Below, one piece after another: positions 11,401 through 21,351 of a stretch of 64,000 nt of DNA. A model generated the notes under the pieces. The model searched no databases. It saw nothing but the letters and a program-made list of their open reading frames with translations, and was not told the DNA's origin. The translations under genes and the position numbers were made by a program. Numbering within the stretch: the first letter of the stretch is position 1; each line of letters starts with the position of its first letter. This DNA is from Thermodesulfobacteriota bacterium (GTDB lineage Bacteria > Desulfobacterota_D > UBA1144 > Nemesobacterales > UBA2774): NCBI GenBank assembly GCA_965216785.1, contig OZ244197.1, positions 3,040,001 to 3,104,000 of the forward strand, written 5' to 3'.

Positions 11401-11751
11401 AGAGGGGTTCACGATCCGCACATAATAGGGTTTTACATCCCCTTTAAGTAAAGGCAGAATTTTCGGATATACAATCAGGGTCTCAAAGCTTGCATCCAGC
11501 TTATCGGGTATAGACAATTGCCCCCCTGTTATAACAACATGGGGATGGATGATATAATTCAAGCTAATATCTTGAATTTCACCAATTCCGCCTGTTTTTT
11601 CAGACAAAACGGTCAGTATCTTACTTTTGATAAGCTCGGGGTTTACATAGCGTGTAAAAAGATACAGGCATACAGCACCGATAATAATAATAACGGTAAA
11701 CAAAGCGCCTAACCATATTGCGATTTTTCTTAACTTTCCGTGAGAATTCAT
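8449..11751 (-). CDS. AsmA-like (YhdP/TamB superfamily) envelope protein
   Basis: N-terminal TM anchor, 1100 aa beta-rich body, C-terminal GSVDL...VKITGSWSDP AsmA_2-like segment. Confidence 0.8.
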   Translation of the reverse strand: MNSHGKLRKIAIWLGALFTVIIIIGAVCLYLFTRYVNPELIKSKILTVLSEKTGGIGEIQDISLNYIIHPHVVITGGQLSIPDKLDASFETLIVYPKILPLLKGDVKPYYVRIVNPSVKFFMEENPDEIKVPAAEPLTLKGFKSKVITVLNFLDTNEKDSKLEIKNGELSIVKNGDDYLYLNRFNSTIDYPNDKLNLYVTGNSSLSDRIVFNGWVNTESYDTRGSLRLIGFHPHKVINLIKPEENLFSESNVDLTLGFDIKELEVFNLKLKSPTHKLTLAKGGEELKISGKDLQVDIYADQNTARVNLNKANLLNPGLKAKGSFSSDKTKGEMTLNIEGKDVVVEPARKGALLTAGHNHVVDTIFKIVKGGTVPEITLTAKGSSIKDLFHKGNYVVKGKMEDGKIFIPGAELDLTDVSGDALIADGLLKGENLNAKMGNSSGSGGSLVVGTEGPVGPLNLDIQADADLNDITPLLKRFVHDEGFQEELSMITNIDGRAQGKMVVGDNKKSPKVSFSATSYVLTADYGRVPYPVKIDGGKFDYTDKFIEVGDMNVSVGAFTSNAMSGSFKWKDIRLLTINSETMNIDLKEFYPWLSSHEQMEKHLGHIESLSGSLHFSPFSFSGPVLEPRQWKIESSGEMKSLGVLLRGLDETVTTENSSFNVTPDNISFSETNLKTQSSSVNVDLNMWDYLSHNFGLELNFSGNIDADTSNVVSQMVKVPKQISVLGDVSISDSSVTIESSKNSQAVETGGLTAGPEARTKEYRLDINVNADSFEWTEPETDRQEPEVTEPEKINKPRSPIYGNVNFNSQAFTYKGFNWDSVDGDVEFSGQDIDVNIQNALLCGISTPGYFEVTPPALKLDFKPKSTSEDFEKTLDCLFEKAGIITGEYDFDGNIYSNGSNGNVVKSLEGELKLTSIDGRVQKYGALAKFLTVLNFGEIFRGKGADFAEEGFPYNLLTASAEIKDGKMNITRAAMDGPSLKVACSGSVDLVEKSLDLELVVIPILAVDSVIDKIPLISQLFGEKSSSIPVKITGSWSDPEISQLSPHTLKSGLITIIKETLNIPVTLIKPVESGLEKEKAKEEERREKENGENGENGEQD

Positions 11752-11938
11752 AAATCTGACATCTGGTATATATAGAGCCGGCTGAATGAAATAATGAGTG
11801 AATTGGCCTAAAACCTACCCTTATTATGATAACCTATACTCCTATACTCCACAATCAGTTTTTCTCCCCAAATCACAATATTTAGGATTTTACTGAGCGT
11901 ACAGCAAACGACTAATATAACAGGGATTTATGTTTGAA

Positions 11939-13471
11939 TTAGGCAGAGTTAGATTGTTTGGAGTCTACGAACAGGATCGCCAAAACAGCGCCAGCCAAAG
12001 CGAGGGCCGCGGCGACCCATAGACCGGTTTTAATGCCCGTGACGTAGGCGTGGTGTATATGAGGCAGAAGCTCTCCGAACTGCTGCTGCCCGAAATCACT
12101 TATTAACTTTTCTTTACCCGCGCTCCCAACTACAAACCCCATAAGGTCCGTCATATGTCCGTCACTTATGCTTAAACCGATCGTCTCAAGGCTTGACATG
12201 AGATCCTTTCTTGCAACATCGGTGAATATCGTTGTCACGACAGCAAGACCGAGCGCGCCCCCAACTAGCTGAAACATATATACAATACCGCCAGCAAGGC
12301 TCGTTCTGGATTCCCTGACCGCTCCAACAGCCGCTGTGGTTATGGAGGGTACTGCTAAACCTAGCCCTATACCGGCTATAACTAGCGCGGGCAAGCTATC
12401 ATAATAGCTATCTCCGAATCCAAACAAGGCTACGGCGATTGTGCCCACACCTGTAAACAGCATACCAATCGTTACAGACAACTTGGCTCCGATCCTATTG
12501 AATATCGGACCCGACATAGGTGCTACGATTGCGAACATCAAGAGCATGGGCACTAGCGCCCCTCCCGCCCCAAGAGGTGAATACCCTTTAAATTTCTCAA
12601 GATACTGAGGCATATAGAGTAAAATCGTGAAGAATGCCGGTATGACCGTAAACATAATAGTGGCGTTTATCATGAACGGGAAGTTCTGCATCACGTCTTT
12701 TGGTATTAACGCTTCATTCTTCCCTCTCTCAATAGGAATGAATATCAACATAAAAACTATAAATACAATAAGGAGAGAGATAGTTTTATAAGAGCCCCAG
12801 CCCCATGTAGGGGACTGATTCAAGGCATACATGAGGGCGACAAGCGCAATTGAGATTGTCGCTATGCCAAGATAGTCGACCTTCTTTTCCCCTTTTTCCG
12901 CAATCTGCTCGTCTACATTGAAATAGGTAAGCACTCCGGCGATCAAAGCAAGCGGCACGTTTACAAACAGCACCCAGCGCCAGGACAGAAGCTCAGTTAT
13001 GCCGCCTCCGATTAACGGCCCCGCGGCGTTACCCACGCCCGCCGCGCCCAAAATCAACCCTACAGCAAGACCTTTTTGCTCGTCACTAACCGAGGAGTAC
13101 ACGATGCCCAGGATAGCGGGCCATAGAAGCGCCGCGCCTACACCCTGAATGACCCTGGCGCCTATCAATATCTCCGGGCTCCAGGCCAGTCCCCCCATAA
13201 GAGAAGCAAGCCCGAAGACAACTACACCCATGTAGAAGATCTTTCTGCGGCCAAACGTGTCGGCAAGCCTACCGCACGTTACCATCAAAACCCCGAAAGA
13301 GAGCGCGTAGCCGTTAACTACCCATTCTACGACGCCGATAGTGGTAAGAAAATCTTTTTCAATTGCTGGAAGGGCTACATTTATAGACGCAATATCAACA
13401 GCTATAACACCCACCCCTATTCCCATAGCTATGAATGTGAGTATTTGTTTTCTGGTCATTTCCGAACCCAA
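11939..13471 (-). CDS. MFS transporter, DHA2 (EmrB/QacA-like) family
   Basis: About 14 TM helices; GRLADTFGRRK motif A; ARVIQGVGAA; GPLIGG motif C. Confidence 0.9.
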   Translation of the reverse strand: MGSEMTRKQILTFIAMGIGVGVIAVDIASINVALPAIEKDFLTTIGVVEWVVNGYALSFGVLMVTCGRLADTFGRRKIFYMGVVVFGLASLMGGLAWSPEILIGARVIQGVGAALLWPAILGIVYSSVSDEQKGLAVGLILGAAGVGNAAGPLIGGGITELLSWRWVLFVNVPLALIAGVLTYFNVDEQIAEKGEKKVDYLGIATISIALVALMYALNQSPTWGWGSYKTISLLIVFIVFMLIFIPIERGKNEALIPKDVMQNFPFMINATIMFTVIPAFFTILLYMPQYLEKFKGYSPLGAGGALVPMLLMFAIVAPMSGPIFNRIGAKLSVTIGMLFTGVGTIAVALFGFGDSYYDSLPALVIAGIGLGLAVPSITTAAVGAVRESRTSLAGGIVYMFQLVGGALGLAVVTTIFTDVARKDLMSSLETIGLSISDGHMTDLMGFVVGSAGKEKLISDFGQQQFGELLPHIHHAYVTGIKTGLWVAAALALAGAVLAILFVDSKQSNSA

Positions 13472-13603
13472 GGTGTTATAATGATCATCTTATCTCATAA
13501 ATATGTTATTATTATCAGCTCTGGGTCGATATTGCAGTTGTAAAGCACGTAAATACCATAAACGTTAAATTCAAAAAATACCATATATAGAGGAGAGAGA
13601 TAT

Positions 13604-14404
13604 ATGAGAATTTTAAGTTTATTTCTATTGGCTGCGTTCATGTTTGTTTCAACGAGCGCCCTCGCAGAGGTTGTAGGTAAGGACGTAGAGTATAAATCTA
13701 ACGGCACTACGCTTAAGGGGTATCTCGCCTACGACAACAGCATAGAAGGCAAAAGACCCGGCATTTTGGTAGTGCACGAGTGGTGGGGTCATAACGACTT
13801 TGCAAGAAGTAGAGCCGATAAGCTTGCGGCGCTTGGCTACACTGCGCTTGCCGTTGATATGTACGGGGACGGTACAAAGGCAGACCACCCTGATAAAGCC
13901 GGTGAGCTTGCGACGGGAGTGCTGTCGAATATGGACGTGGCCGAAAAGAGGTTTCAGGCCGCGCTTGACCTACTTAAAGAGCAAAGCACTGTAAATCCAG
14001 AGCACGTAGCCGCGATCGGGTACTGCTTCGGAGGCGCTGTCGTTCTGAATATGGCCCTTCGTGGAGTGGATTTGGACGGAGTTGCAAGTTTTCACGGGAT
14101 TCTGCCGCAGGAAGCTCCCGAGAACGCAGAGCCAAAAGCTAAAATTATTGTTTTCCACGGTGGGGACGACCCGTTTGTCCCAAAGGAGCAGTTTGATACT
14201 TTTAAGAAAGTGATGGAAGACAGCAGCGCCGACTATACGCTAGTTGTTTACCCAGGTGTACAGCACAGCTTTACAAACCCGGGCGCTGATGAATACGGTA
14301 AGAAGTTTGAGCTGCCGCTTGTCTATGACAAAGACGCAGACGAAAAATCTTGGGAGCAGTTCCAGGCTTTCTTGAAAACGATCTTTCAGCCCGAGAATAA
14401 CTGA
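13604..14404 (+). CDS. Dienelactone hydrolase family protein with signal peptide
   Basis: HEWWG, GYCFGG nucleophile, HSFTNP; signal peptide ending ALA; SD GAGGAG. Confidence 0.9.
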   Translation: MRILSLFLLAAFMFVSTSALAEVVGKDVEYKSNGTTLKGYLAYDNSIEGKRPGILVVHEWWGHNDFARSRADKLAALGYTALAVDMYGDGTKADHPDKAGELATGVLSNMDVAEKRFQAALDLLKEQSTVNPEHVAAIGYCFGGAVVLNMALRGVDLDGVASFHGILPQEAPENAEPKAKIIVFHGGDDPFVPKEQFDTFKKVMEDSSADYTLVVYPGVQHSFTNPGADEYGKKFELPLVYDKDADEKSWEQFQAFLKTIFQPENN

Positions 14405-14419
14405 TTGAATTATAATTAT

Positions 14420-14458
14420 GGGCGGAGGAACACACTGTGTATTTCCGCCCTTCTTTAT
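14420..14458. terminator. Probable terminator hairpin between convergent genes
   Basis: GGGCGGA...TCCGCCC stem followed by TTCTTT. Confidence 0.55.
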
Positions 14459-15738
14459 ATATCCACAGATAACTGAAAACCTATGACCAGGGCGTTGGGT
14501 ATATCACCCGAGCCTCCGGGATGCACGACGTACTGTATGTCCGGCTGTAAATTCAGCCACTCTGTAATCTCAATTATATGCGTCGCTTCCAATAACAACT
14601 CGAAATCCTTACCACGAACATCCTCACTAACTTTGCCGTACGCAAAAGCAATTGCTGTTTTATCCCGGTCTCTTTTCCTAATTAGCCCCTTGTATACCAG
14701 ACCGCCCGATAAATATAATGGGAATGTGTTAATATCCTCTTGAGGCGCATACGTGATCGCTCCCCAAGGTGTTAGGCCCTGATCCGTTGATTCGCTTTCC
14801 AGGTATACCGTCTGCTCGCCGATCAGATAAAATCCGTAATTACCTTCATTATTAGTTACAGTACTGTTGACATCACCAATTTGAGTAAAGCTTAGGGTGT
14901 TATAGTAAGCGCCGAATTTATATTTACCGGGTTTTCCGTTCGAGCCGCTCTTTTGATTGAGCAAATAACCTATCTCGCCGATAAATATCGCGCCGTCCCC
15001 AAAAGTGAAATCCACACCGTGGGCGCTATCCCTGACAAGGTTGGGGTTTGAGTTGTAAACGCCCGCCATAACATAAACCTCATCAACCGGAGCACCCCTG
15101 AGCCAAGCACCCCACGAGGCCTGAGGACTACTGAAGAAGCCCGGGATATTGATAAGAAGACTCACCGGATTCTCATTAAAAGCCAAACTAACGTAGTTGT
15201 ATAATACGCTCGATGTAGCAAACTTGTCCCCCACAGCCATACGTCCGAAAGCGAAGTTTAACTTGCCTTCCAAGAGATCGGTCCTTAAAAACATCTGGTA
15301 CAGTCTTACAGACTGGCCGCTGAATATACTCGATACGTTAAAAAAGTTACCTATATCCCTATTTGTCAGGCTTTTGCCCGAGGCCCATGAGCCCGAGACA
15401 ACAAACCTGGTACCACCAATATTGAGGAGCTTCTCAAGATCAAAATTGAGAAACGCGTTCAAAAGCCCCGCGTACTGAACCCCCTTCTTTTCTCCCCCTA
15501 CCGGGTTACCGAGTATTGACGTGTAGTACCTCGCCGTTGGAGTAACGCCCGATTCGATTAATTTATCCCTAAAACCTCCCCACCCACCCGTCATAAACTT
15601 TGTCGTATCAATTTGTGCGGTTGAGTTAAGGTCCCTCCCATCAGAAAGACTGTCATTACTCGTCTGAGCTGGAGCATTTGGTGTAAATAAAATCGTTAAC
15701 AGTAATAATGCGAGCAGAAATTTGCGATGAGCTTTCAT
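14455..15738 (-). CDS. Carbohydrate-selective porin, OprB family
   Basis: Signal peptide; MTGGWGGFRDKL N-terminal motif; QPDIQYVVHPGG C-terminal motif. Confidence 0.85.
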   Translation of the reverse strand: MKAHRKFLLALLLLTILFTPNAPAQTSNDSLSDGRDLNSTAQIDTTKFMTGGWGGFRDKLIESGVTPTARYYTSILGNPVGGEKKGVQYAGLLNAFLNFDLEKLLNIGGTRFVVSGSWASGKSLTNRDIGNFFNVSSIFSGQSVRLYQMFLRTDLLEGKLNFAFGRMAVGDKFATSSVLYNYVSLAFNENPVSLLINIPGFFSSPQASWGAWLRGAPVDEVYVMAGVYNSNPNLVRDSAHGVDFTFGDGAIFIGEIGYLLNQKSGSNGKPGKYKFGAYYNTLSFTQIGDVNSTVTNNEGNYGFYLIGEQTVYLESESTDQGLTPWGAITYAPQEDINTFPLYLSGGLVYKGLIRKRDRDKTAIAFAYGKVSEDVRGKDFELLLEATHIIEITEWLNLQPDIQYVVHPGGSGDIPNALVIGFQLSVDI

Positions 15739-15836
15739 AGTGCGCTATTCCAAAACAAATATAAAGCTGTCGATACTTGACTAAAAGAGTATTCAAAGTT
15801 AATTAGACCTGAAATTTGCTGTTAAGAAAAATATTG

Positions 15837-17543
15837 TTAGAAAATACCCCAGAAGGAATCGTGTAGATCGTACCCGGTCTCGTCCCAAAGAGCGCAATTG
15901 GCATTCAGGTCAGAGACCGTTTTAATTTGATCCACAGGCGTTTTGAATACGAGCCTGTGGCCGTCATTACCGAACGGTGGCCATCTAACAATACCTGATT
16001 CGGGTTTGAGTTCTTTTGCAAAGCTGGTCCAGTAATCGATCATTAAATCCGAAAGCCTGCTTTCCTGAGGGGTAAAGCTAAAGCCCTTGTTGCTAGCAGT
16101 GTGAAACACGTAGGGCAGCTCGGCTGCGTGACAGACAGTCTCTGCGCAGGCGGGGGTTTTCGGCCAATAATTAAAAGACGATACATGATTAAAAGCGTAT
16201 GACCACGTATCGGGGGATGAGTGCTTTGCTGCATACTGCGTCGGACAGATGAACAGATAATCCGTAGCCACTCTTGAAATAACAGCCGTGTTATCGCCCT
16301 CAACGGGCGGATATTTCTCGTAAATTTTCTTTCGGAGCGCGTGATCGCGTATAATAAAATCCAGCATCAGTTTATAATCCAAAGATGAAAGAGCCTTCTT
16401 TTTTACTGCAGCTTTTGTGAGCTCGATGAATAACACACCCTCGTTTTTATTCGTGCCTATGATTATGGGAGTTTTAAGCTTCCCTTGTGATATAGCGCTA
16501 ATAGGCTGCTCTGTGATCACCTGCCCGTCTATCACAGGAGCCCATGATAACAAGTCCACTATTCCGTGAAAGATTGTAGGCCATAATAAATTCTTTTGCG
16601 CCTGAGCGTAGAGCACAACTTCTGCGAGCTTACCCCTCATACATTTAACATCGTCCTCAGCGCATCCGAGATCATGAGTGAACCTTTTCGAGATAGCGTG
16701 CGCATCTTTTAGAGTTCTGTAAGGGATCCCAAGTGGGTTACTTTCCATTATCACGGCTCTAAACAGGCCTTTTGATGCAGGTGATGAAACCAGATGGAGT
16801 CCCGTGCTCATAGCGCCCGCGCTCTCGCCGTAAATAGTGACTTTCGATGGGTCTCCGCCAAATGCGCTTATATTTTCCTGTACCCACTTAAGCGCGAGTA
16901 TCTGATCCAAAAAACCGTAATTACCGTTAATTTCCTCCCCGGTGGATTTATCCTTTAACCCGGCTAGAAACCCGAGGGCGCCGATGCGGTAGTTAAGGCT
17001 GACCACCACTACATCTCCTCTGGCTGCGGCGTATGCTCCATCGTAGGTGGGCTCAGCGCTCGATCCGTATACAAAAGCCCCTCCGTAAATAAATACCATT
17101 ACGGCCCTGGGCTCTTTAGAAGCGCTGGCCGGTGTCCAAACATTTACCGTAAGACAGTCCTCCGATTGAGGGCTAATAGCAGAACTCTGCGGGCAGGAAG
17201 GCCCGAACCGAGTCGCTTTCAAATCTCCCTCCCAGGACTTTACCGGCACAGGAGCGCGCCAGCGGTTATCCCCCGCAGTTGACTCGGCAAACGGGATACC
17301 CAGGTAGGCGTTTATTTTCTTTCCGGAAATAGGTGATACGACTTTACCGCATAAAATGCCTTGCTCGGTCTGAATGGTGCTTGTTCTACAATCTGGCAGA
17401 CCGATCCTCTCGTAGTTTTCACTGATCAGAACCTGAGTGGACTTTTCGGGAGCAGGCTTGGAGGGAGCCTGGCGGCTTGCGCAGCTGTACATAATAACTA
17501 CTACAAGGATTACGCCTGCTAAGAATACTTTCCGCAAATTCAT
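15837..17543 (-). CDS. Carboxylesterase type B, probable lipoprotein
   Basis: SEDCL, YGGAF oxyanion loop, GESAG Ser, NKNEG Glu, HAAEL His; lipobox-like MYSC. Confidence 0.9.
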   Translation of the reverse strand: MNLRKVFLAGVILVVVIMYSCASRQAPSKPAPEKSTQVLISENYERIGLPDCRTSTIQTEQGILCGKVVSPISGKKINAYLGIPFAESTAGDNRWRAPVPVKSWEGDLKATRFGPSCPQSSAISPQSEDCLTVNVWTPASASKEPRAVMVFIYGGAFVYGSSAEPTYDGAYAAARGDVVVVSLNYRIGALGFLAGLKDKSTGEEINGNYGFLDQILALKWVQENISAFGGDPSKVTIYGESAGAMSTGLHLVSSPASKGLFRAVIMESNPLGIPYRTLKDAHAISKRFTHDLGCAEDDVKCMRGKLAEVVLYAQAQKNLLWPTIFHGIVDLLSWAPVIDGQVITEQPISAISQGKLKTPIIIGTNKNEGVLFIELTKAAVKKKALSSLDYKLMLDFIIRDHALRKKIYEKYPPVEGDNTAVISRVATDYLFICPTQYAAKHSSPDTWSYAFNHVSSFNYWPKTPACAETVCHAAELPYVFHTASNKGFSFTPQESRLSDLMIDYWTSFAKELKPESGIVRWPPFGNDGHRLVFKTPVDQIKTVSDLNANCALWDETGYDLHDSFWGIF

Positions 17544-17560
17544 AATCTAACCGAAAAGGC

Positions 17561-18307
17561 TCACCTATGCTCGGGGTTCTCATAATCAAACCTGCACCCC
17601 GCGTCCCACTCAGAGCGCTGGTTGCCATGCGCCGGAATACCACCCTCGTCCTTAAGCATCTTTGCCAGGTGCATAAGGTTCCAGGTCATAAAAGTGGTGT
17701 TGCGGTTAGTGAAATCATTCTCCGGTCCACCTGAGCCCGGGTCAAGGTATGAGGGCCCTGGGCCCGCCTCCCCAAGCCACCCGGCGTCTGCCTGAGGCGG
17801 TATCGTATACCCCAGGTGCTGCAGCGAATACAGTATGTTCATCGAGCAGTGCTTGGCTCCATCTTCGTTCCCGGTTATAAGACACCCGCCTACTTTGCCG
17901 TAGTCTGCGTACTGTCCGTTCTCGTTAAGTAAATGTGAGTTCGCATACAGTCTTTCGATTACCTGCGTGCATACTGAGGTCTTCTCCCCGAGCCATATGG
18001 CAGAGCCGAGTATGAGGATATTACAAGCCTTTACCTTCTCGTAAATCATCGGCCAGTCGTCCTTATCCCATCCGTGCTCTGTCATATCGGGATAAACTCC
18101 AAAGGCAATGTCGTAATCAATTGGCCTAAGAAGCTCGACCTCAATACCGTTTTTTTCCATAATTGTTTTGGAGATTGATATAAGCCCCTCGGTATGAGAG
18201 CGCTCGGGCGATCTCTTGAGAGTGCAGTTAAGAATTAACGCTTTTAAGTCAGAAAAATCCCACTTACTCTCCTCACACATCTTAAGCTGTTTCTCGTTAA
18301 GTTCCAT
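17561..18307 (-). CDS. Flavodoxin-like / NADPH-dependent FMN reductase family protein
   Basis: NCTLKRSPERSHT, SAIWLGE, GKVGGCLITGNEDG motifs. Confidence 0.8.
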   Translation of the reverse strand: MELNEKQLKMCEESKWDFSDLKALILNCTLKRSPERSHTEGLISISKTIMEKNGIEVELLRPIDYDIAFGVYPDMTEHGWDKDDWPMIYEKVKACNILILGSAIWLGEKTSVCTQVIERLYANSHLLNENGQYADYGKVGGCLITGNEDGAKHCSMNILYSLQHLGYTIPPQADAGWLGEAGPGPSYLDPGSGGPENDFTNRNTTFMTWNLMHLAKMLKDEGGIPAHGNQRSEWDAGCRFDYENPEHR

Positions 18308-18455
18308 TTGATTCCTCCTGTTTTTGATTAAACCTTATACCGACTACATATATCGTTTAGATAGAGATACGTTCATATTATCAAAAGAGATTCATCTTTA
18401 TTAGAGCTATCAAGTAATACACTTGATTCAGACATTGTTACTATACTGCTGATTG

Positions 18456-19271
18456 TTATGTAAATATTAATGCTATGCCAATTCCTACTGCCAGGATTAT
18501 GAAGCTGAGCACAGTAACCTTTGCGATCTCAAAAGAGCTTGGCTTTTCCATATCCATGCCGCCCATCTGCATATCCCCCATGCCTTTAGCGGCATCTTCC
18601 TCCAATGCATCTTTCGGTCTCACGGTCATCATGCCGTGCTTTAAGTGATTTGAGACGAGCCACCAATTCATCGGATAGGCGGCGATGAACCCGCACAGCA
18701 GCGCCATCGACATAATGAACCAGAACGCCGGGCTGAGAGGGCTTTCACTTCCCGGAACATAAGACTTGGCGATGCTCGAGACGGGGACCATGGCGGCCAT
18801 AAGGCAGTTCATCGACACGAGCTCGGGAATGAAGGTATTGTAAAGCGCTTTCCCGTACGTGCCTCCGGCGGTGTTTTTCATAAAAAGGGCCTGGAAGATG
18901 GTCCAGCCGAATCCGAAACCCAAAACGTACTCTAATCCTATGTCGGCCAGCATGGAAAGTGAAAGCAGGCTGCCTATCACAGCGCCCGCGAGAATTCCCA
19001 CTCCGTCACCCGCCACGCAGTGCATCGTAGAGCCCAGCACCTGCCGCCAGAGCACATTTACATAACGCTCATGAACCCCGGGTAACGGCTCTCTGCAGCC
19101 GAGCGCGTAGAGGAAAGCGCCGACCGGGCCCGTGTAGGCCGTAAGTAGTATGAACCCCCACTTTAGCACTTTGGATTCAGGGGTATGACGTATATCAATC
19201 GCGACGAATATTACCGAGATAGCGGTAAGGATAAACCACAGCAACATAACACCGTTTAGCATACTCTCCAC
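18456..19271 (-). CDS. DUF4396 family membrane protein
   Basis: TMHCVAGDGVG, AYPMNWWLV..KHGM motifs; Met-rich loop; GTG start. Confidence 0.75.
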   Translation of the reverse strand: MESMLNGVMLLWFILTAISVIFVAIDIRHTPESKVLKWGFILLTAYTGPVGAFLYALGCREPLPGVHERYVNVLWRQVLGSTMHCVAGDGVGILAGAVIGSLLSLSMLADIGLEYVLGFGFGWTIFQALFMKNTAGGTYGKALYNTFIPELVSMNCLMAAMVPVSSIAKSYVPGSESPLSPAFWFIMSMALLCGFIAAYPMNWWLVSNHLKHGMMTVRPKDALEEDAAKGMGDMQMGGMDMEKPSSFEIAKVTVLSFIILAVGIGIALIFT

Positions 19272-19359
19272 CTTCCTGTTTAACTTTTACTCAGGCACCT
19301 TGTTTAATCTATCCTAATCCTCACGGGGGAAATATTCAAGTAAATTCCTACATAGGACT

Positions 19360-20370
19360 CTAATCGAGCGGCCGCCCGATAAGCATTGATTTAAATTTTC
19401 GCCAGTCTTCTGACGATACGGACCGATCGTAGTCATAAACCTCCACGTGAGAATTCTGACTGTCCGGATCGAGCTTAATTCCCCAGAGCGGTTTTACACC
19501 GTTTGGCAGCGTAGAGTATCTAACGTCCCCTATTACATTCGGATACTCTGGATGTATAACCAAAAATCCTTTTGAGAAATGATTGAAGCGGAGTACGTCC
19601 TCATATTGAACGGATTCACGTTCCATTCCAGCAAAGCCCATCGCCGTGTTGAACACCTTTATTTTGCCACCTTCGTACAGACTCGGCATGCCCGAGAGTC
19701 CGGCCCTAACAGCATCGGTATAGTAATAACCGCCGGATTGATACACAGTCCGCCATACTAGAAGATTTCCGATTGAAGGATGCACCATCACTCTTTCCAC
19801 CGTGTGTCCTCTGAGCGCGGCGACGTTAGAGATAAAATCCTCGGTCCTTTCTCTCTGATAATAGCCGAGAAGTAAATACAGTACTGCGAATAAGAGTGCC
19901 GCTCTAATAGTAAAAATCGATCTCTTATAATAGGCCGCTACAAACAATATGCCCAGAGTGAGGGTAAAAATAGGGTCGATTATAGAAATTAGTCTCCAGG
20001 AAATCCTAGCATCGGAAAACGGCCAGAAAAGACTCGTCCCGTAGCTCGTGCAAGAATCGAGAAAAGCGTGAGTGCCGTAACCGAGAGCCGCGTATAAGAA
20101 TAATTTTCCGAAGCTTATTCGGCGCCTGAAAAATATCCACAGAACGCCTGCTGCGGCCAGACCTCCTAGTGGTATGAAAACGAGCGAGTGCGTAAAATGG
20201 CGGTGATACTCAAAGAAAAGGAGCGGGTCTTCTGATGATCGTATAAGGATATCAATATCGGCCAATAGCCCTGAAAGGAAACCCACAATCAGAGCAATCC
20301 GGATCTCTTTTTTATTCGAGACGCTCCCCGGAAGCGCAGCCCCGACGAGCCCTTGACTCAGTGCGTCCAT
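19360..20370 (-). CDS. Inner-membrane metal-dependent hydrolase (YdjM-like)
   Basis: MDALSQ, ADID, HRHFTHS, HAFLD, YGTSLFWP motifs. Confidence 0.85.
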   Translation of the reverse strand: MDALSQGLVGAALPGSVSNKKEIRIALIVGFLSGLLADIDILIRSSEDPLLFFEYHRHFTHSLVFIPLGGLAAAGVLWIFFRRRISFGKLFLYAALGYGTHAFLDSCTSYGTSLFWPFSDARISWRLISIIDPIFTLTLGILFVAAYYKRSIFTIRAALLFAVLYLLLGYYQRERTEDFISNVAALRGHTVERVMVHPSIGNLLVWRTVYQSGGYYYTDAVRAGLSGMPSLYEGGKIKVFNTAMGFAGMERESVQYEDVLRFNHFSKGFLVIHPEYPNVIGDVRYSTLPNGVKPLWGIKLDPDSQNSHVEVYDYDRSVSSEDWRKFKSMLIGRPLD

Positions 20371-20423
20371 TCTACAACACCCTCTGCTTCTATTTTATGA
20401 CTTTCTGGCCTATTAACCTGAAT

Positions 20424-21185
20424 CTAAAGCGTAGTCCAGCCGCCGTCTATAACAAGGTCCGATCCTGTAACATAGCGCGCCTCGTCGCTTGCGAGATACA
20501 GAACAGCGTGCCCAACCTCAACGGCCTCCGCACGTCTGACAAGCGGGATCATCTCAGCCGCGATCTTATCGAGCTGCTCCTCTGCGTCAGGGGGATTGCC
20601 CATAAACTCGGGATCCATTTTAGTTTTTATATAACCCGGACAGACTGAGTTTACCCTTATGTGATCTCCCGCGTGATCTATCGCCATGCTCCTGGTGATC
20701 TGTCTCACCGCGCCCTTTGTGGCGTTATACGCGACACAGTCCTCCATCCCTACCATGCCAAGGACAGAGGAGTTGTTTACGATTGCCCCTCCTCCGTGTT
20801 TTGCCATAATCGGGACGACATGTCTGCTCATCAAAAATACGCCTTTAAGATTTATATTCATCGTTTCATCCCATACTTCCATAGGCGTGGTGACAACCGT
20901 ACCAGCCTTGAAAATTCCGGCGTTGTTGAACAGTATATCGATCCTTCCGTGGTGTGAGTAGAAGTCATTCACGACCCTTTCTACGTCTTCCTCATTCGAG
21001 ACGTCGCCCTGATACGCGGTAATCTTTCCGGGCCCTTTTGCTTCAGCTACGGTTTCATCGAGCCTTGATTTCGTCCTTCCCATAATTCCAACGTCTGCCC
21101 CCGACTCTGAAAACAGTAGGGCCGTAGCCTTCCCTATTCCATCGCCTCCCCCCGTGATTAATGCCGTTTTACCTTTCAGTCTCAT
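20424..21185 (-). CDS. Short-chain dehydrogenase/reductase (classical SDR)
   Basis: TGGGDGIG, NNAG, YNATK, NSVCPG motifs; SD AGGAGG. Confidence 0.95.
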   Translation of the reverse strand: MRLKGKTALITGGGDGIGKATALLFSESGADVGIMGRTKSRLDETVAEAKGPGKITAYQGDVSNEEDVERVVNDFYSHHGRIDILFNNAGIFKAGTVVTTPMEVWDETMNINLKGVFLMSRHVVPIMAKHGGGAIVNNSSVLGMVGMEDCVAYNATKGAVRQITRSMAIDHAGDHIRVNSVCPGYIKTKMDPEFMGNPPDAEEQLDKIAAEMIPLVRRAEAVEVGHAVLYLASDEARYVTGSDLVIDGGWTTL

Positions 21186-21351
21186 TTATTCGTCCTCCTA
21201 TGTATCGAGCTTGCTGAGCTTTATTCTTTATAAAGCACGCTAGTAAATTTAAATCATACCGGGCCCGATTACCAACAATTGGGGTTATAATATTATGAAA
21301 CTTGCTTCGGTATTACGAATCAAATTAAATCTTAAAGGGGAAAAACTCGAA

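Noticed and set aside
21295-21351. Longer N-terminus for the GH17-like ORF
   Set aside because: The downstream ATG at 21352 has an SD and gives a normal lipoprotein signal peptide
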